64,000 nt of DNA. Origin: Octopus vulgaris. Lineage: Eukaryota. Under the pieces are notes generated by a model that was given only the letters and a program-made list of their open reading frames with translations, searched no databases and was not told the DNA's origin. Of the stretch, positions 12,876 through 26,690 are shown one piece after another. The position numbers and the translations under genes were made by a program. Numbering within the stretch: the stretch's first letter is position 1; each line of letters opens with the position of its first letter. Location: positions 113,212,001-113,276,000 of the forward strand of contig OX597822.1 of assembly GCA_951406725.2 (NCBI GenBank). The letters are read 5' to 3'.

Positions 12876-13599
12876 GAATGTATGGAGCATATAAAGTAGT
12901 AAGTGGATGCGCAGGTACACAAGTATATCTGTTTTCTAATGATTGAACTTGCAATTAGAAATTCTTGAAACTGGTCACTAATTACGGTTTATATCCTGGC
13001 TCTTGCATCATTATATTCGACGAGATAAAGATAAAGGTCACTGGTAGTGATAGAGTTAGTTTCTGTGTGTTTACTGATACTGTAGGTGATATCAGCTGGT
13101 GGTGGTGGTTTTGAAGGAACTAACATGCAGGTTAGTGTTGTTGCTGCTGTTGATGATGATGATGATGACTTTTTCATTTTATGTATCATTTTGAGAACAA
13201 TAGCATCCTTTGTTACAGGTATCTAACTGGCCAATTATTGGTTCAATGCATTTACGATGGCGAGAGCGACGAAGTGCAGTCTGTTCAACAAGGTACGGAA
13301 CAAATTTTGCAAGGAATTTTTAGGTCGAATGCACCTGTTTATCGGTGTATTCATTGAAGCCTTACATCTTTCATTGGCATACATCGCCAAATGCTCCACT
13401 CATAAACATACATAGTCATACACGCATGTGTCCAACGTAATCCGAATTCTAAAAAACGCGTATGCATACACATGCTCACACGCATACTCACGCACACACA
13501 CACACGCATACAGAGAGAATGAGAGAAGGGAGAAATAATGAGCGAGAGAGGGATAGAGAGAAAGAGAAGGCGGAAGAGGAGGGAAGGAAAAGAGATACC

Positions 13600-13831
13600 T
13601 ATTTATTTACTACCCACAAGGGGCTAAACATAGAGGGTACAAACAAGGACAGACAAACGGATTAAGTCGATTATATCGGCCCCAGTGCGTAACTGGTAGT
13701 TATTTAATCGACCCCGGAAGGATGAAAGGCAAAGTCGACCTCTGCGGAATTTGAACTCATAACGTAGCGGCCGACGAAATACCGCTAAGCATTTCGCCCG
13801 GCGTGCTAACGTTTCTACCAGCTCGCCGCCT
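13600..13831 (-). mobile_element. SINE family B
   Basis: Full-length reverse-complement copy of family B. Confidence 0.9.
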
Positions 13832-14064
13832 GGAAAGAAAAGAGCTAGCGATAGACAGATAGACAGATAGACAGACATACAGACAAACAATTTAAATATG
13901 TTCTTTGCAGAGCTAATTCAGACCCGTATTTCTTCCATGCTATCACAAACAAATTTGTGAACGAACTATTTTTCCTGATAGACTTGATTAAACCTTGGAA
14001 GGTACTCATATTCTTATATCTACAATATTTAGAGACCACAGTGAAGATATAAATTAATCAAAAA

Positions 14065-14447
14065 TCTCTCTCTATATAAACGGCAGTTTGTCTGTGCGTG
14101 TTTCTGTGTGTCTGTTTTCTCGTACCCTCACCCTGACCACGGCTTTCAACCGATTCTGATGAAACTTGACACACACATAGCCCAATGTCATAATTCAAAA
14201 CTAACGCAGCGAAAATTTTGAAAAGTTCCTCCAGTTCTGAAAAAAATCGATAAATTCGACATGGGGTCAAGAATCAGAAACACAAACCACAGACAGTCTA
14301 GGGGACGCAACTCGACCTTTTTAACTCTCAAAAAAAATTTACCATCATTTTTTTCCCATTTTTTTCTATTTTTTGGCTATAACTCTCTAAAAATGCTTTA
14401 TAGTTATTTCCCTTACAAACCCGAGCAACGCCGGGCGATACTGCTAG
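14065..14447 (+). mobile_element. Complete non-autonomous Helitron
   Basis: Inserted between A(14064) and T(14448); 5' TC (tctctctctatataaa), 3' hairpin cccgagcaacgccggg followed by CTAG. Confidence 0.9.
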
Positions 14448-14831
14448 TCTATTTATAAAATTCGAACAGTTGAATACAATGAGAATGTTTTCAAACAGAT
14501 TTGTTAAATTTCTTTTGTAAAACCTGCATCAAATCCATATAATTCCCCTTCAAATTTGACCAGGAGAACCAGCTGACGTTTATAAATTTGCATTATGGAT
14601 CCACTCTCATGAGATAAGTGTTGCCGTCAGTGACAAGGGCTTCATGCTGAGGTTATTCAACAACTGGTAAGCAATATCACTAAAAATGTGGAGCATTTCA
14701 AGGCACTTAGCTTCGAAATCTGAGTCTTAGCTACAGAACCAGAGGAAGTAGAGTAAGTAATTGCAGGAAGATGACAACTGACATACATACATACATACAC
14801 GCATACACATACACACATATATACACACACA

Positions 14832-14877
<46 letters not shown>

Positions 14878-15445
14878 TGTGAACTGAACAGAAAATTTTT
14901 AATGGGTTCGCGTGAATTCTAACAATAAATGCAAATTATTAATGACGAAAAGATGAGAACGTAAGCATTAGTTCCGCCCTTCGACATGACTCAAATAATG
15001 GTAATGTTATTTTGTAGTTTTTTTTTTTTAGGAAAACGCAATAAATACAAAAGACTTCACTTTTCTAAAAAATTTGAAGTTTGAGGAAACAGTAAAAGAA
15101 TACTAAAATACTGCAAAGAGAAGCCGATTTGTGGAATAAACAAGACAAGCAAGAAAGAGTTAAAAGAACAATTTTATTGCTTTTGCAAGTAATAAAGAAT
15201 CACGTGACTCAGTATAGCCATTTTTATCAACGACGACTTATTCAAAGTCTTAAAACGGTATTCTTACTAAGGTAGGCAGGTAAATTATTTACCAAAGATT
15301 CTGCCAAAGAAAGGGGTTTTCGTTTATAAGTGGAGCCTTCCCATTAGGATTACACACAAAACATAAGTGGTACAAAACCATTGTGGTATTTTTGGAGTAG
15401 CAAAGAAACGTTGTATAAATATACTGAGTCGGTGGTTACAGTACC

Positions 15446-15497
<52 letters not shown>

Positions 15498-16189
15498 CTT
15501 CATGTCTTAAATGCACAGACGTATATTTGTACAGCTATACGAAAGCAAAACAAAGAGAATCTAGGAGAAAACACCTGACATAATATGATTCATTTCTTCA
15601 AGGGCAGCGTTTTAAAAACTTTTCACTGCATAAAACTTCTGAAATGATTCTTCAATAATTACTTATTTAAATGTACATATGCAATACTAATTTTAGTCTT
15701 TAATTAGCATTGATGAATTAATTTTTAATTTGGACATACCCTATTACACTTTAGCAGCAGATTAACACTGATTTTTTTCTTAAGTAATGACAAACATTTG
15801 TCATTCATTAGTATCAATTATGCTCTGTAAACACACGAATTCATGTTTTAGATTATAATACGCTGAGTTCCACACCAGGCTGCCTTGAAATGCAATCATT
15901 TGATACAATTTTTAAAAAAAACATCAACTCGAAGTAAGTGCAATCTGTAGCTTCAAAAACAAAGTAATTTATATTGATGAATATGCATATTCTTGCTGTG
16001 AGTCCTTATCGATCCTCGGTAGTTGATTAGATACTGATTTTATAGGCGTTTTGTATTTATTTTTATAGAGAAAGTGAAACCAAAATTTGAACTCATAACA
16101 TAAGCAGATGTATTAATTCCTTCAAGACACTTTGTTTGGTGCACTATCAAGTAGGCTATCCACCACTCTTATAGTCCTACTTAATATAG

Positions 16190-16401
16190 ATTTCAAACTT
16201 TGGTACAAGGCCAGCAACTTCGGGGAAAGGAATGAGTCGATTACATCGACTCCAGTGCTCAACTGGTACTTATTTTAACAATCTCGAATGGATGAAAGGC
16301 AAAGTTGACCTTCGCAGAATTTGATCTCAGAACGTAAAGACGGGCGAAATGCCTCTAAGCATTTTGCCCGTCGTGCTAACGATTCTGCCAGCTCCCCACC
16401 T
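16190..16401 (-). mobile_element. SINE family B, alternative tail (ggccttgtaccaaaagtttgaaa)
   Basis: Meta-like core with a different 3' tail; an older decayed copy sits at ~16025-16150. Confidence 0.8.
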
Positions 16402-18470
16402 CAGAGGAATTTCAGGACAAGTTGAAAGCTACCAAGATTCAATCGTTTGAGGTGTACGAATGACTGAACAAAGTGAAGTTAATGAATGCGTTAGAGATAT
16501 TAAATATTGGAGTTTGTTTATTACAGCGATTTATAAGATTAAACATCATTGTGTCCCATTTGAAAATATAAAATTGCATTGTGTCTATTTGTTTCATAAC
16601 AGTTATTGTTCATAACAGGACATTTTCATTAAAACGGTTGTTTATGCCATCTTCTCTGAAATAGATAGTTTTTTTTTTTTTAGTTTTAGAGTCAGATCTA
16701 ATGTAAAAGACAAGATGATACGATTAATTGATTGAATAAATATATCGCCCTGGTGAGATCATCTGACGTTAACGTGTTGAATTTAAACTGATACAAAGAA
16801 ATGTTGTTATGAATGGAGCTAGTGGTGATGAATAGCTACTTGATGAAAAGCGAAAACAGAGATCTGGCGGGTAGCAGAGTTGACATAATATTAGAGTTGA
16901 TATATTGTAAGGTTCATACTTTCATGTAACTATAAGAAAATATAAAACATCCCGCCGAGCTAATAATAAAGGACATACTTCTCAGACAAGACATCTTTCA
17001 AATATTTTACCAATACCGTTTTTAAGACAATTGCTTTTCTTAATGTTTTCAAAGGTTAGATGTCGTGTATAACTTTTATCAGATTATAGCGGATTGAACA
17101 TAATATGAAGTGGAAATATTGAGATGGTGCCTAGGAGAAAAATATTTAAAATCTTCATAAACTTCACATGTATTTGTCTGTCTAGTTTTGTATTTATTTT
17201 GAAACCCAGACAAGAAAAAAAAAAAACGCAGAAAACCAGCATTGGTGTTCTATAGAGTGTTTTATGTTTCTCTAAACTCATATATTTAGAATCACCACTA
17301 TTTATCCCAAGTTTATATTTCCGCTGGATACAGCTGCCTCAGCAGACTAAAACAGATTGATGCATCTACAACGTTTATTTTCTATTAAACCCAATTAAAG
17401 CACGAATAATTTTAACTTTATTAGACAAGGTTATCTTGTCGCTGCAAGGCAGAAGATAGCAAGTTATTGGATCATATAAATATATGAAGGCAGTAATATA
17501 AGATTATTTTGGAATTATCTTGCTTGGATGTTTTATTTTGTTATATATATATATATATTGTCGTTTCAATTAGCATCACCGCTGGTGCCACTGCTGTTAC
17601 TACTACCGTTGCATTGTTGTTAGTAGTGGTAATAGTAGTGACCTTACTGTTCTTATTAATAATAGTTTTATCGTTAGTAAAGTCATTATCATTGTTGAGA
17701 CTGTTCCTGGGGTCAATTGAGAACACTGTCCAATTTGCGTCAGTTGAGAAAGGTAATAAATACTAATAGTTTCCATATCTTTTGTCTTAAGTCACAGAAT
17801 TTCTTACAACATTTCTTGGTGTCCCTCTAAAAATATTGTTCTTATTAAAGTTTCAGCAATTGCGACTGAGAAATAAACTGAACAAAGAAAAGGTGAAAAA
17901 GGACGGAATCATCAAAGGATCGAATGGAATGACTTAAAGAATTTGTTCCTGTTGAATTCAACCATCGCAGATGTTGTGTCTTTCATCCTTCAAGAGTCAA
18001 TAAAGGAAATGTTAATAACTACTGGTATTAAGTCATCTTTTTGTTTACCTACTTCCTCTTCGCCTTATTTTTCTTCTTTTTCATCCCCTTCACATTTTCC
18101 TTTTCCTTATTCTTCAGCCTTTTCCTTTTCAGCTTTTTCTTCAGCTTCTCTTTCTTCTTCATCTTCTATTTCTTGCTCTCTCTCCTCCCTCCCTCTCTCT
18201 TTCTTTCTTTCTATCTCTTTCTCTCAGTCTCTCTTTTTTTCCTCTCTGTGTTTCTCTCAATCATTGCGCCATGAGCATCCCTTTCTCAAGAAACAGGGCA
18301 AAGAGGAGTGAGTAAGGGCTAAACAAACTGTTTTCATGAAAAACAAAAACCCTAATAGTACCGTTCATGCCCGGAGAGAAAATAAAGAAGAAAGATTGCA
18401 TAAGAAGTTCGAGGAACAAAAATATTTCAACCCTTAGTATTGCTGTTGCTTGTACCAATATTTATTCGTT

Positions 18471-18865
18471 GCGACTTTGCCTTTCATCCTTTCGGGGTCG
18501 ATAAATAAAGTACCATTTACGCACTGGGGTCGATGTAATCGACTTAATCCGTTTGTCTGTCCTTGTTTGTCCCCCCTATGTTTAGCCCCTTGTGGGCAAT
18601 AAAGAAATAAACATTTATTCGTTGCATTATCATTATTATTATTATTATTTAAGGCGGCGAGCTGGCAGAGTCGTTAACACGCCGGACAAAGTGTTCAGCG
18701 GCATTTCGTCTGTCTTTACATTCTGAGTTCAAATTCCGCTGAGGTCGACTTTGCTTTTCATCCTTCCTGGGTCGTAAGAAATAAGCACCAGTTGAGAACT
18801 GGGGTCGACGTATTCGACTCATCCCTCTACCCCGAAATTCCTGGCCTTGTACAAAAGTTTGAAAC
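18471..18865 (+). mobile_element. Two SINE family B copies (5'-truncated 18471-18610; 18651-18865 with alternative tail)
   Basis: gactttgcctttcatcctttcggggtcgataaa core, with variants, in both. Confidence 0.85.
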
Positions 18866-18881
18866 CGTTATTATCATTATG

Positions 18882-18940
<59 letters not shown>

Positions 18941-19373
18941 CATTTGCAACAATAATGTTGTTTACTGTTGCTGTTATTGTTGTTACCGTTAAACCCATAA
19001 CCCACTCTACAAACCAAGAGAGGGCGAAGGGAGTATATTATGAGTTTTAATGAAGCATGTAAAACAAAGGCTCCCTTAAATATTGTTTGCTGTTATCTTA
19101 TCTTCGTTCCGGCATAATAAAAATCTAATAAACTTCAGCAATAAATAAAAGCCTTGAACCGTGAATTTGTTTTTCTTTACGTCTAATTATTTTCAGAACA
19201 TCTTGCACGTCTTCTCCGCGATACCAGTTTGTTGGAGAGACTTTTTTCTGTTTAAATATTAAAAAAAAATATTTTTTTTTTAAACAACGTTCTTAATTTC
19301 TAGCAGCATTTTGTCTTGCATAATAAAAGTAACATCGGTATTCTTGAATTAAATTGTTAATAATTTGGGAATT

Positions 19374-19762
<389 letters not shown>

Positions 19763-19769
19763 ATCCTCT

Positions 19770-20216
19770 CTACTATATGCACAAGGCCTGAAATTTTGTG
19801 AGATGAGTTAATAATAATCTTTTCTATTAAATGCACAAAGCCTGAAATTTGGAGCGGAGAAGACAAGCGGATTACATCAGTCCCTGTATTTCACTAGTAC
19901 TTAATTTATCGACCCCGAAAGGATGAAAACCAAAGTCGACCTCGGCGGAATTTAAGCTCAGAATGTAGCGACGAGAGAAATACCTATTTCTTTACTACCC
20001 ACAAGGGGCTAAACATAAAGGGGACAAACAAGGACAGACAAACAGATTAAGTCGATTATATCGACCCCAGTGCGTAAATGGTACTTAATTTATCAAACCC
20101 GAAAGGATGAAAGTCAAAGTCGACCTCGGCGGAATTTGAACTTAGAACGTAACGGCAGACGAAATACGGCTACGCATTTCGCCCGGTGTGCTAACGTTTC
20201 TGCCAGCTCACCGCCT
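19770..20216 (-). mobile_element. Dimeric SINE family B
   Basis: Full monomer 19984-20216 joined through gaaatacctatttc to a 5'-truncated monomer with the alternative tail. Confidence 0.85.
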
Positions 20217-20230
20217 GGGATGGGTCAGAA

Positions 20231-20422
20231 AATCGAAGGAGAGGGGCTTTCTCCGTCCGGGTTGCGGATCCGTGGAACAAGCTGCCAGACGAGATGGTGA
20301 AGATGCCGACGACCTCAAGTGGCCTGAACTCTTTACATGAACACCACCCTGTACATAACTCCATGTCCCCCTACGTGGCCTTGCTTTTTGCTTTTTGAGC
20401 CAAAAATTAACTAACTAACTAA
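20231..20422 (+). mobile_element. CR1-type LINE 3' end with (TAAC)n tail
   Basis: Near-identical to 41760-42099 and 42945-43187, with a ~25-bp internal deletion. Confidence 0.85.
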
Positions 20423-20429
20423 TGATAGT

Positions 20430-21883
20430 AATGAGTTGTGAACATCAGGAGAGGAATATTCCAGGGAGACAGTCTTTCAACTTTGCTGTTTTTACTATGT
20501 ATGGTTCTACTTTCATTAATGTTGAGAAGGGCAAAGTCTGGTTACGAGCAGGAGGGACGCGATAAATCGTCTACAGTTCATGGATGACCTAAAACTCTTT
20601 GGGAAAACCCATGAACAGAGTGATTCCCCTGTACAAACAGTTCATACATTCAGTACGGACAAAGGAACGGTCTTTGGCATAAAAAAGCGTGGAGTACTAC
20701 TACTACTGAAACGATGTAGAATTGAGAAAAAGGAAGAAATTATATTATCAGATTGGCAAGTTATGGAGGAAATTGACGGCGACGGATATAGTTACTTAGG
20801 CATCCAAGAAACAGACCAAATGAAAGAGAAAGAAATGAAAGAGCTGTCATCAAAGGAAAATAAACTGTGACTGAAATTCGTGTTAAAGACAAAGTTAAGT
20901 GGTTGGAATAAAATGTTGGCTGTCAACACATGGGCCGTTGCAGCTCTAAGGTATAGCGCTGATATGATATATAGAGGATAAGTGATGAACTTAAGGAGCT
21001 TGGAAGAAAGATCAAGAAAATGATGTCACTACAAGGAACTCAACACACTAAAAGTGACTTGGACAGGTATCTATCACAACAGAGAAGAGGAAGAGGTATT
21101 ATTAGCTGTGAAACGTGTTAAGTCTAAAGAAAATATTATGGAATGGTATGTAAAGAATACAAAGGAGAGGTTGACGGTAGGAGTAAGAAAGGTGAAAGTC
21201 CGAAGCAAGTGATCAGGCAAAGGAAATGGGAGAATTTAAACAAGGCGGTCAGAATGACACCTTGAATAGATGGAAAGAAAGAAAAAGACGAGTGGTCAAT
21301 TCCAGCAGGAAATGCCTGAGACTGTTGATCTAGGAATGGACTAGAAAAAGCGATTTGAAAGTAAGTCGTGAAAGTTACGAGTGTTAGTCTTGAAGAGAGG
21401 CAAAGTCAAATGTATGGACGGACTAGCGATACCTTCGGGGAGGTTATGAAGCAGATAGAAATTGAAGCCCTTATTTTCGCAGACCAAGAACAAGCACGGA
21501 GAATGAACTATATCAAGTTCAATATTGACAAGTCAGTGACATCACCACTTTGTAGGTTGCATGGTGAGAAAGGTGGAGGCACATGGCCTAGTGGTTAGAG
21601 CAGCGGACACGCGGTCGAGGGATCGCGCGTTCGAATCTCAGACCGGGTGAGGTGTGTGTTTATGAACAAAACACTTAAGCTCCACATGGCTTGACAAACT
21701 AGGAATTACCGTCAAAGATGGGACTGCTGCAGAAAACAGCCTAGTTAGCATCAGTAAGGATTCCGAAGAGGGGTTTAGAAAGCTGAATGAGAAGGAACGA
21801 CATAAAGGATGTTTGGTCATTGGATATGGCTCGCTCTTTTCGTATAGTGCCGGTATAACATCTGCCAGAGCAAAAGCGTCATA

Positions 21884-21884
<1 letters not shown>
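20430..21884 (+). mobile_element. R4/Dong-clade non-LTR retrotransposon remnant (RT domain to 3' end, frameshifted, internally deleted)
   Basis: VNIRRGIFQGDSLS, FMDDLKLFGK, YSYLGI, NTWAVAALRY, SPLCRL; C-terminus WLDKLGIT..GLLQKTA; ends in (TAA)n. Confidence 0.9.
21573..21690 (+). mobile_element. 5' head of tRNA-derived SINE family D inside the Dong remnant
   Basis: gtggaggcacatggcctagtggttagagcagcggac...gttcgaatc; same family as 31985-32293. Confidence 0.75.
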
Positions 21885-22027
<143 letters not shown>

Positions 22028-22570
22028 TGCCCTGATGCAATAGCAAGCAGTGGCTCTCATGACTTCTGATCTTAACTGATTGGAAGTGTTTTGTCTTGGT
22101 ATAAAAGATGGGCTACAGCAAATATTCTGCTCAATACCACAGATTAGCTTGTCAGTTGTTTGACCATAACTAGTTGAGCATGTCCCTTAGTGGCTGACGA
22201 TATGTGCATCTCTGATCATGAGCAGAAGTAGTGGGGGAGCATCATAGCCATGTGTTGAGAGGAATTTTTTGGTGCTTGAATGATTCACCTTTGGAAACAT
22301 GGGTCTTTTGTTCAACATCCCTAAACAATCCTTATTCAAAGACCTTTTGAGCTAGATGCGCTACTCGACCAGAAGAAAATTCTAACTGGGCCTCCACCTG
22401 TAAGGTCATGCGCTCTTTATCGTGATATGAGATCACTATGTCGTGCACATATGGTTGTGATACATATGCCTAGTGCACCCTTATCAGACGAGTAGTCATG
22501 ATGGGTATACTGGGCTTCGTATATTTTACCCCAGTGTCACTTTGATGGCATGCACTACTTTCTCACTCAA
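22028..22570 (+). mobile_element. Non-coding ~540-bp element bounded by (GAT/AAT)n, probable Dong-dependent non-autonomous element
   Basis: Complex sequence starting right after (GAT)n and ending ctcactcaataattataat; lies between two Dong remnants; classification is inferred. Confidence 0.5.
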
Positions 22571-22594
22571 TAATTATAATAAATATGATAATAA

Positions 22595-23680
22595 CAAATT
22601 GAGGAGTGGTAGAACCAGAAACTTCTTCATGGACAGTATATTCTTGGTAGTCGAAATGCTAATCTAGACCAAGCAACAACCCATCAGTGGTTGAGAAGGT
22701 CAGAACTGAAAGCAGAGACTGAAGGTTTCATATTGGCAGCACAAAATCAAAGCTTGCTTACCAGAAACTACTAGGCTAACGTTCTTCAAAACGGTTCTTG
22801 CTCTATACACAGACTCTGCGACACATTCGACAAAACAATAGACCATCTCGTTTCAGGATGTCCTGTGCTAATACAAACGAATACAAAAATCGCCACGATA
22901 GGGTAGGACAGTATTTACATTGGAAAATATGTAAACACTGCAAAACCGTCACTCCTGATTACTGGTATGGACATCATCCTGAGCCAGTCGTTGAAGGTAA
23001 AACTGTCACTGTCTTCTGGGATTTTCCAGTTAACACCGACAGAACGATCCAGGCTAATCGACCAGTCATAATTATCAAAGGCAGAGAAGAAAATATTTGT
23101 AGAATAATAGATGTAAATGTTCTCACTGATAAAATATATCTGTAAAGGAAATTGACAAATTAAGTAAATATAAGGACCTGGAAAGTGAAATACAAAAGAT
23201 GTGGCATCTTAAAGCAAGAACTGTTCCTGTTATTGTAGATGCCCTAAGTGTAATAAAAAGTGATACCAAAAACCTCTAGATAACATCACAGAAGAACCAT
23301 GTCTCAGAGAAATCCTTCACGGCCAAAGGAAGACAGCAGGACGATCTTCACAAAGGACTTAGTGGATAGTAGGATCCGTCCTACACATGACAGCAGGTAT
23401 TCGACATTCCACAAGTAAGCAATGCTCGGGAACTGGATGAGAGCATGTAGAACAGTCCAAAATATTGTGCAACAAGTACTGCGCACATCCTTAGAAAAAC
23501 CCTATCCATTTAAATGTCTGTGTTGCATTGCATGAAGATATTTCGCTTCTGCTCCTGCCACTCCCTGCCAAGTTTTCAGACATACTGTAACATCTCTTGT
23601 CCTTCTCTTGTCCTAGGGCGCTGGGTGTGTCTCGGCAAGTGATTGTACCAAACATGCAGATTAAAATTAAATAACTATAA
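22595..23680 (+). mobile_element. Second R4/Dong-clade remnant (CCHC knuckle, restriction-like endonuclease, 3' UTR)
   Basis: LHGQY, HQWLRRSELKAETEGFILAAQ, LCDTFDKTIDHLVSGCP, RHDRVGQYLHW, WDFPVNTDRTIQANRP..IDV, KLSKYKDLE, STAHILRKTLSI*; ends at (GAT)n. Confidence 0.92.
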
Positions 23681-24159
23681 TGATGATGATGATGATGATG
23701 ATGATCAATATACTAAATTGGAAATTTCTCATTTAAATTTATAATTTCGAAAGCTGTGACAGTAACAGAAAAGATCCCATACGTATTGTCTCTGTGAGGC
23801 TTTATGGGTCACAACTCCTTTTCAAAATCTCTTGGTAGCTATGGTGTTTTTATTTGTGGATTATCATTGATCTAATCCTTTACATGCATGATAGAAAATC
23901 ACGAAATACAAAGACAGGAAATTTAGTAGTGTTAGCAAAGAAATAAAAAAAGACGTCGCAAAAGTTGTATCTTATCCGGAAACAGAGAAAAGTTGTGAAG
24001 TGATAAAAGCTGTGGAAATGTATGAATATAGTTGTCAGATGGTAGGAAACTGTTGTGTGAGCAGCTGGTTAAGTAGCTCCTAAATTGTCTGCGATTCTCC
24101 AGTGATATGAGAAAAAATTTTCGCAGCAAATCCAAAGAATGATGTCAATATCATGAGTG

Positions 24160-24290
24160 TGTGTGTGTATGTATTTGTGTGCTTGTGTGTGCGTATACAC
24201 ATACACTTGTATAATATATGTGTGTGTATGTATTTGTGTGCTTGTGTGTGCGTATACACATACACTTGTATAATATATGTGTGTGTATGT
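24160..24290. repeat. 59-bp tandem duplication within (TG)-rich sequence
   Basis: gcttgtgtgtgcgtatacacatacacttgtataatata at 24181 and 24240. Confidence 0.9.
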
Positions 24291-24914
24291 ATATGAATGA
24301 ATATACACAGGCATGCACACACACACAAACACACATGTACGCATTTAATGAAGTGGAGTAAACGAAAACCGCTGCATTCGAACAGAAACATTATGCAACA
24401 TACATGCCCGACGAGTTATCTCCCTCTGGGTTAATAACCACTTTGCATTTTGTGTTTCGCAAGATATATGAAATAAGGACTAAATTTGTGGGACGATATA
24501 AATTACTAAAACTCCTGAGTGTTGTGATCTAGCATAGCCACAGACGAATAACAGAAACCTGTAAAAGAATGAAAGGGCATGAATTATAAAAATCGACTCT
24601 TGTATACTTAATATTACTAGAATTAATGATTACTGGCATTGGTCTTTCAGTTCAGGAACAGCAAGAATGTTTCTCTTTCATATCCCACCATTCATAAAAC
24701 ATTTTATAAATCACCCATGAGACAATTAGTGAGAAAGCAGTTAATTGGGAGGCGGGAGCGACAGCATGAACGACCCTATCTCAGAGTAATACTGAACTTT
24801 CAGATATTTGAGTTGCGTAAAGGCCAGGTTAGAGAAAATAACTTTAGACAGACAAAAATATACTTTTCCCTTTAATAAAATATCTTCTTCATGAGTTAAT
24901 ACAAAGTATGTGTA

Positions 24915-25042
24915 TGCGCGCATATATGTATGCATGTATGTGTGCATGTATGTGCGCATGTATGTGTGCATGTATGTGCGCATGTATGTGCGCATGTATG
25001 TGTGCATGTATGTGCGCATGTATGTGTGCATGTATGTGTGTG
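24915..25042. repeat. 12-bp minisatellite (gcatgtatgtgy)n
   Basis: Direct inspection. Confidence 0.9.
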
Positions 25043-25605
25043 TATTCTTCAGACGCAAAGATGAGTGAAATTCATTAAAAGAACTATTTGAAGGACATTA
25101 TGTCATTCATAGAGAAAGTTCTTATTCAAACAGGAAGCTTGTACAAGATTCCCAAAATATATATTCCTTCAATATCAGTTATTCTAAGAAAAGCCATCTA
25201 ATTACAATCAAACTGCAGTTAAACTGTATCAAGTAATATTATTTTCCCGAAAACGCTTTCTAAGAAGCTTATCATGACTCCGTGACATCCTTTCTGTCGG
25301 CTGCCATATCAAGTTTTTATTCAGAGCCTTAGGTTTTTTAAACAGATGGCATCATGAAACAGATTGCAAGGCCTTATGTCATTCACAACTGCAACAGGGA
25401 TTTGTTTTTATTGTGTAGATTTATTTTAAATCAATAAAACCTTCCGTGACATCTAAATTAATAAAAACATTTCAACTGAGAGCAATATCTCATTAAAATG
25501 AGATGAAGGGAATAATGTCATGTAATATACGTTTTATGTGTTTTATATGTTTCACAAGAAACTTGCTCTCAGAATTACAAAATCCAAATCGATAAAGAAT
25601 AAATT

Positions 25606-26061
25606 TATTTTACTCTTTTACTCTTTTACTTGTTTCAGTCATTTGACTGCGGCCATGCTGGAGCACCGCCTTTTTTAGTCGAGCAAATCGACCCCGGGAC
25701 TTATTGTTTGTAAGCCCAGTACTTATTCTATCGGTCTCTTTTGCCGAACCGCTAGGTGACGGCGACGTAAACACACCAGCATCGGTTGTCAAGCAATGCT
25801 AGGGAGACAAACACAGACACACAAACACATACACATACACATATATATATGTATACATATATACGACGGGCTTCTTTCAGTTTCCGTCTACCAAATCCAC
25901 TCACAAGGCATTGGTCGGCCCGGGGCTATAGCAGAAGACACTTGCCCAAGATGCCACGCAGTGGGACTGAACCCGGAACCATGTGGTTGGTTAGCAAGCT
26001 ACTTACAACACAGCCACTCCCTGCGCCTATAGCCACTCCTGCGCCTATAGCCACTCCTGCT
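25606..26061 (-). mobile_element. Full-length SINE family A with triplicated 5' head
   Basis: Reverse complement of family A; agccactcctgcgcctat repeated about three times at 26010-26061. Confidence 0.92.
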
Positions 26062-26254
26062 TAAATATTTATAACTTTACATTCTGGTTACCGAATACTG
26101 AGATACTTTCAATGTAGAAGGAAATGAAGGATCATAAAATAAAATTATACTGAGCAAACACCGCCATCTGGTGAGTGTATAGATATCTAGGTAGTAAACA
26201 GATTCAGTTTCTTCCCCTCCGATCACGTGAATAACAATATTTGGATTTTATTTA

Positions 26255-26690
26255 CACATTCATTTCATTGTTCGACCGTGGTCGAGACAATGGAAATTAC
26301 TATGATACGCCAGACTTCACGGTCCATCATAGCATTACGGAGGTCCTGTTGCTGGATGCCTGTATCCCTGGAGATTACATCAGGTAATTCTGGTATTGCG
26401 AGCAGATGGCTTCCAGAAGAGAAGAGTAGAAATTACCTCGTTTTCAGCTCTACAACAATGTCCAGCAAACTGGACTCTTCTACCTTTCACAACAGGTGAT
26501 ACTATATGGCTGAGAAACCTGGACGTTATCAAAGAAGCTTGAGAGGCGGTTGGATGGAACTTACACTCGCCTCCTTGTGAGAGCTCAAAATCTCTCGTGG
26601 AAGCGTCATCCAACCAAAGTACAAATATATGGGAAAATTTGCACATTATGAAATCATCCCTTCTCATTAGACGTAACTATGACTGATGTG
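26255..26690 (-). mobile_element. RTE-clade LINE 3' fragment
   Basis: RRVQFAGHCCRAENEVISTLLFWKP, then DVISRDTGIQQQDLRNAMMDREVWRIIV...EQ*. Confidence 0.8.

Noticed and set aside
17509-18311. Hydrophobic and Ser-rich ORFs suggesting membrane proteins
   Set aside because: Derived from decayed trinucleotide and (CT)-rich low-complexity sequence; no splice or homology support
21573-21650. tRNA-like sequences at SINE heads as real tRNA genes
   Set aside because: Acceptor and anticodon stems are incomplete and each continues into SINE body sequence
25610-26064. Recurrent peptides such as DGLLSVSVYQIHSQG and ERMKGKVDLGGI that look like a gene family
   Set aside because: Translations of SINE families A and B
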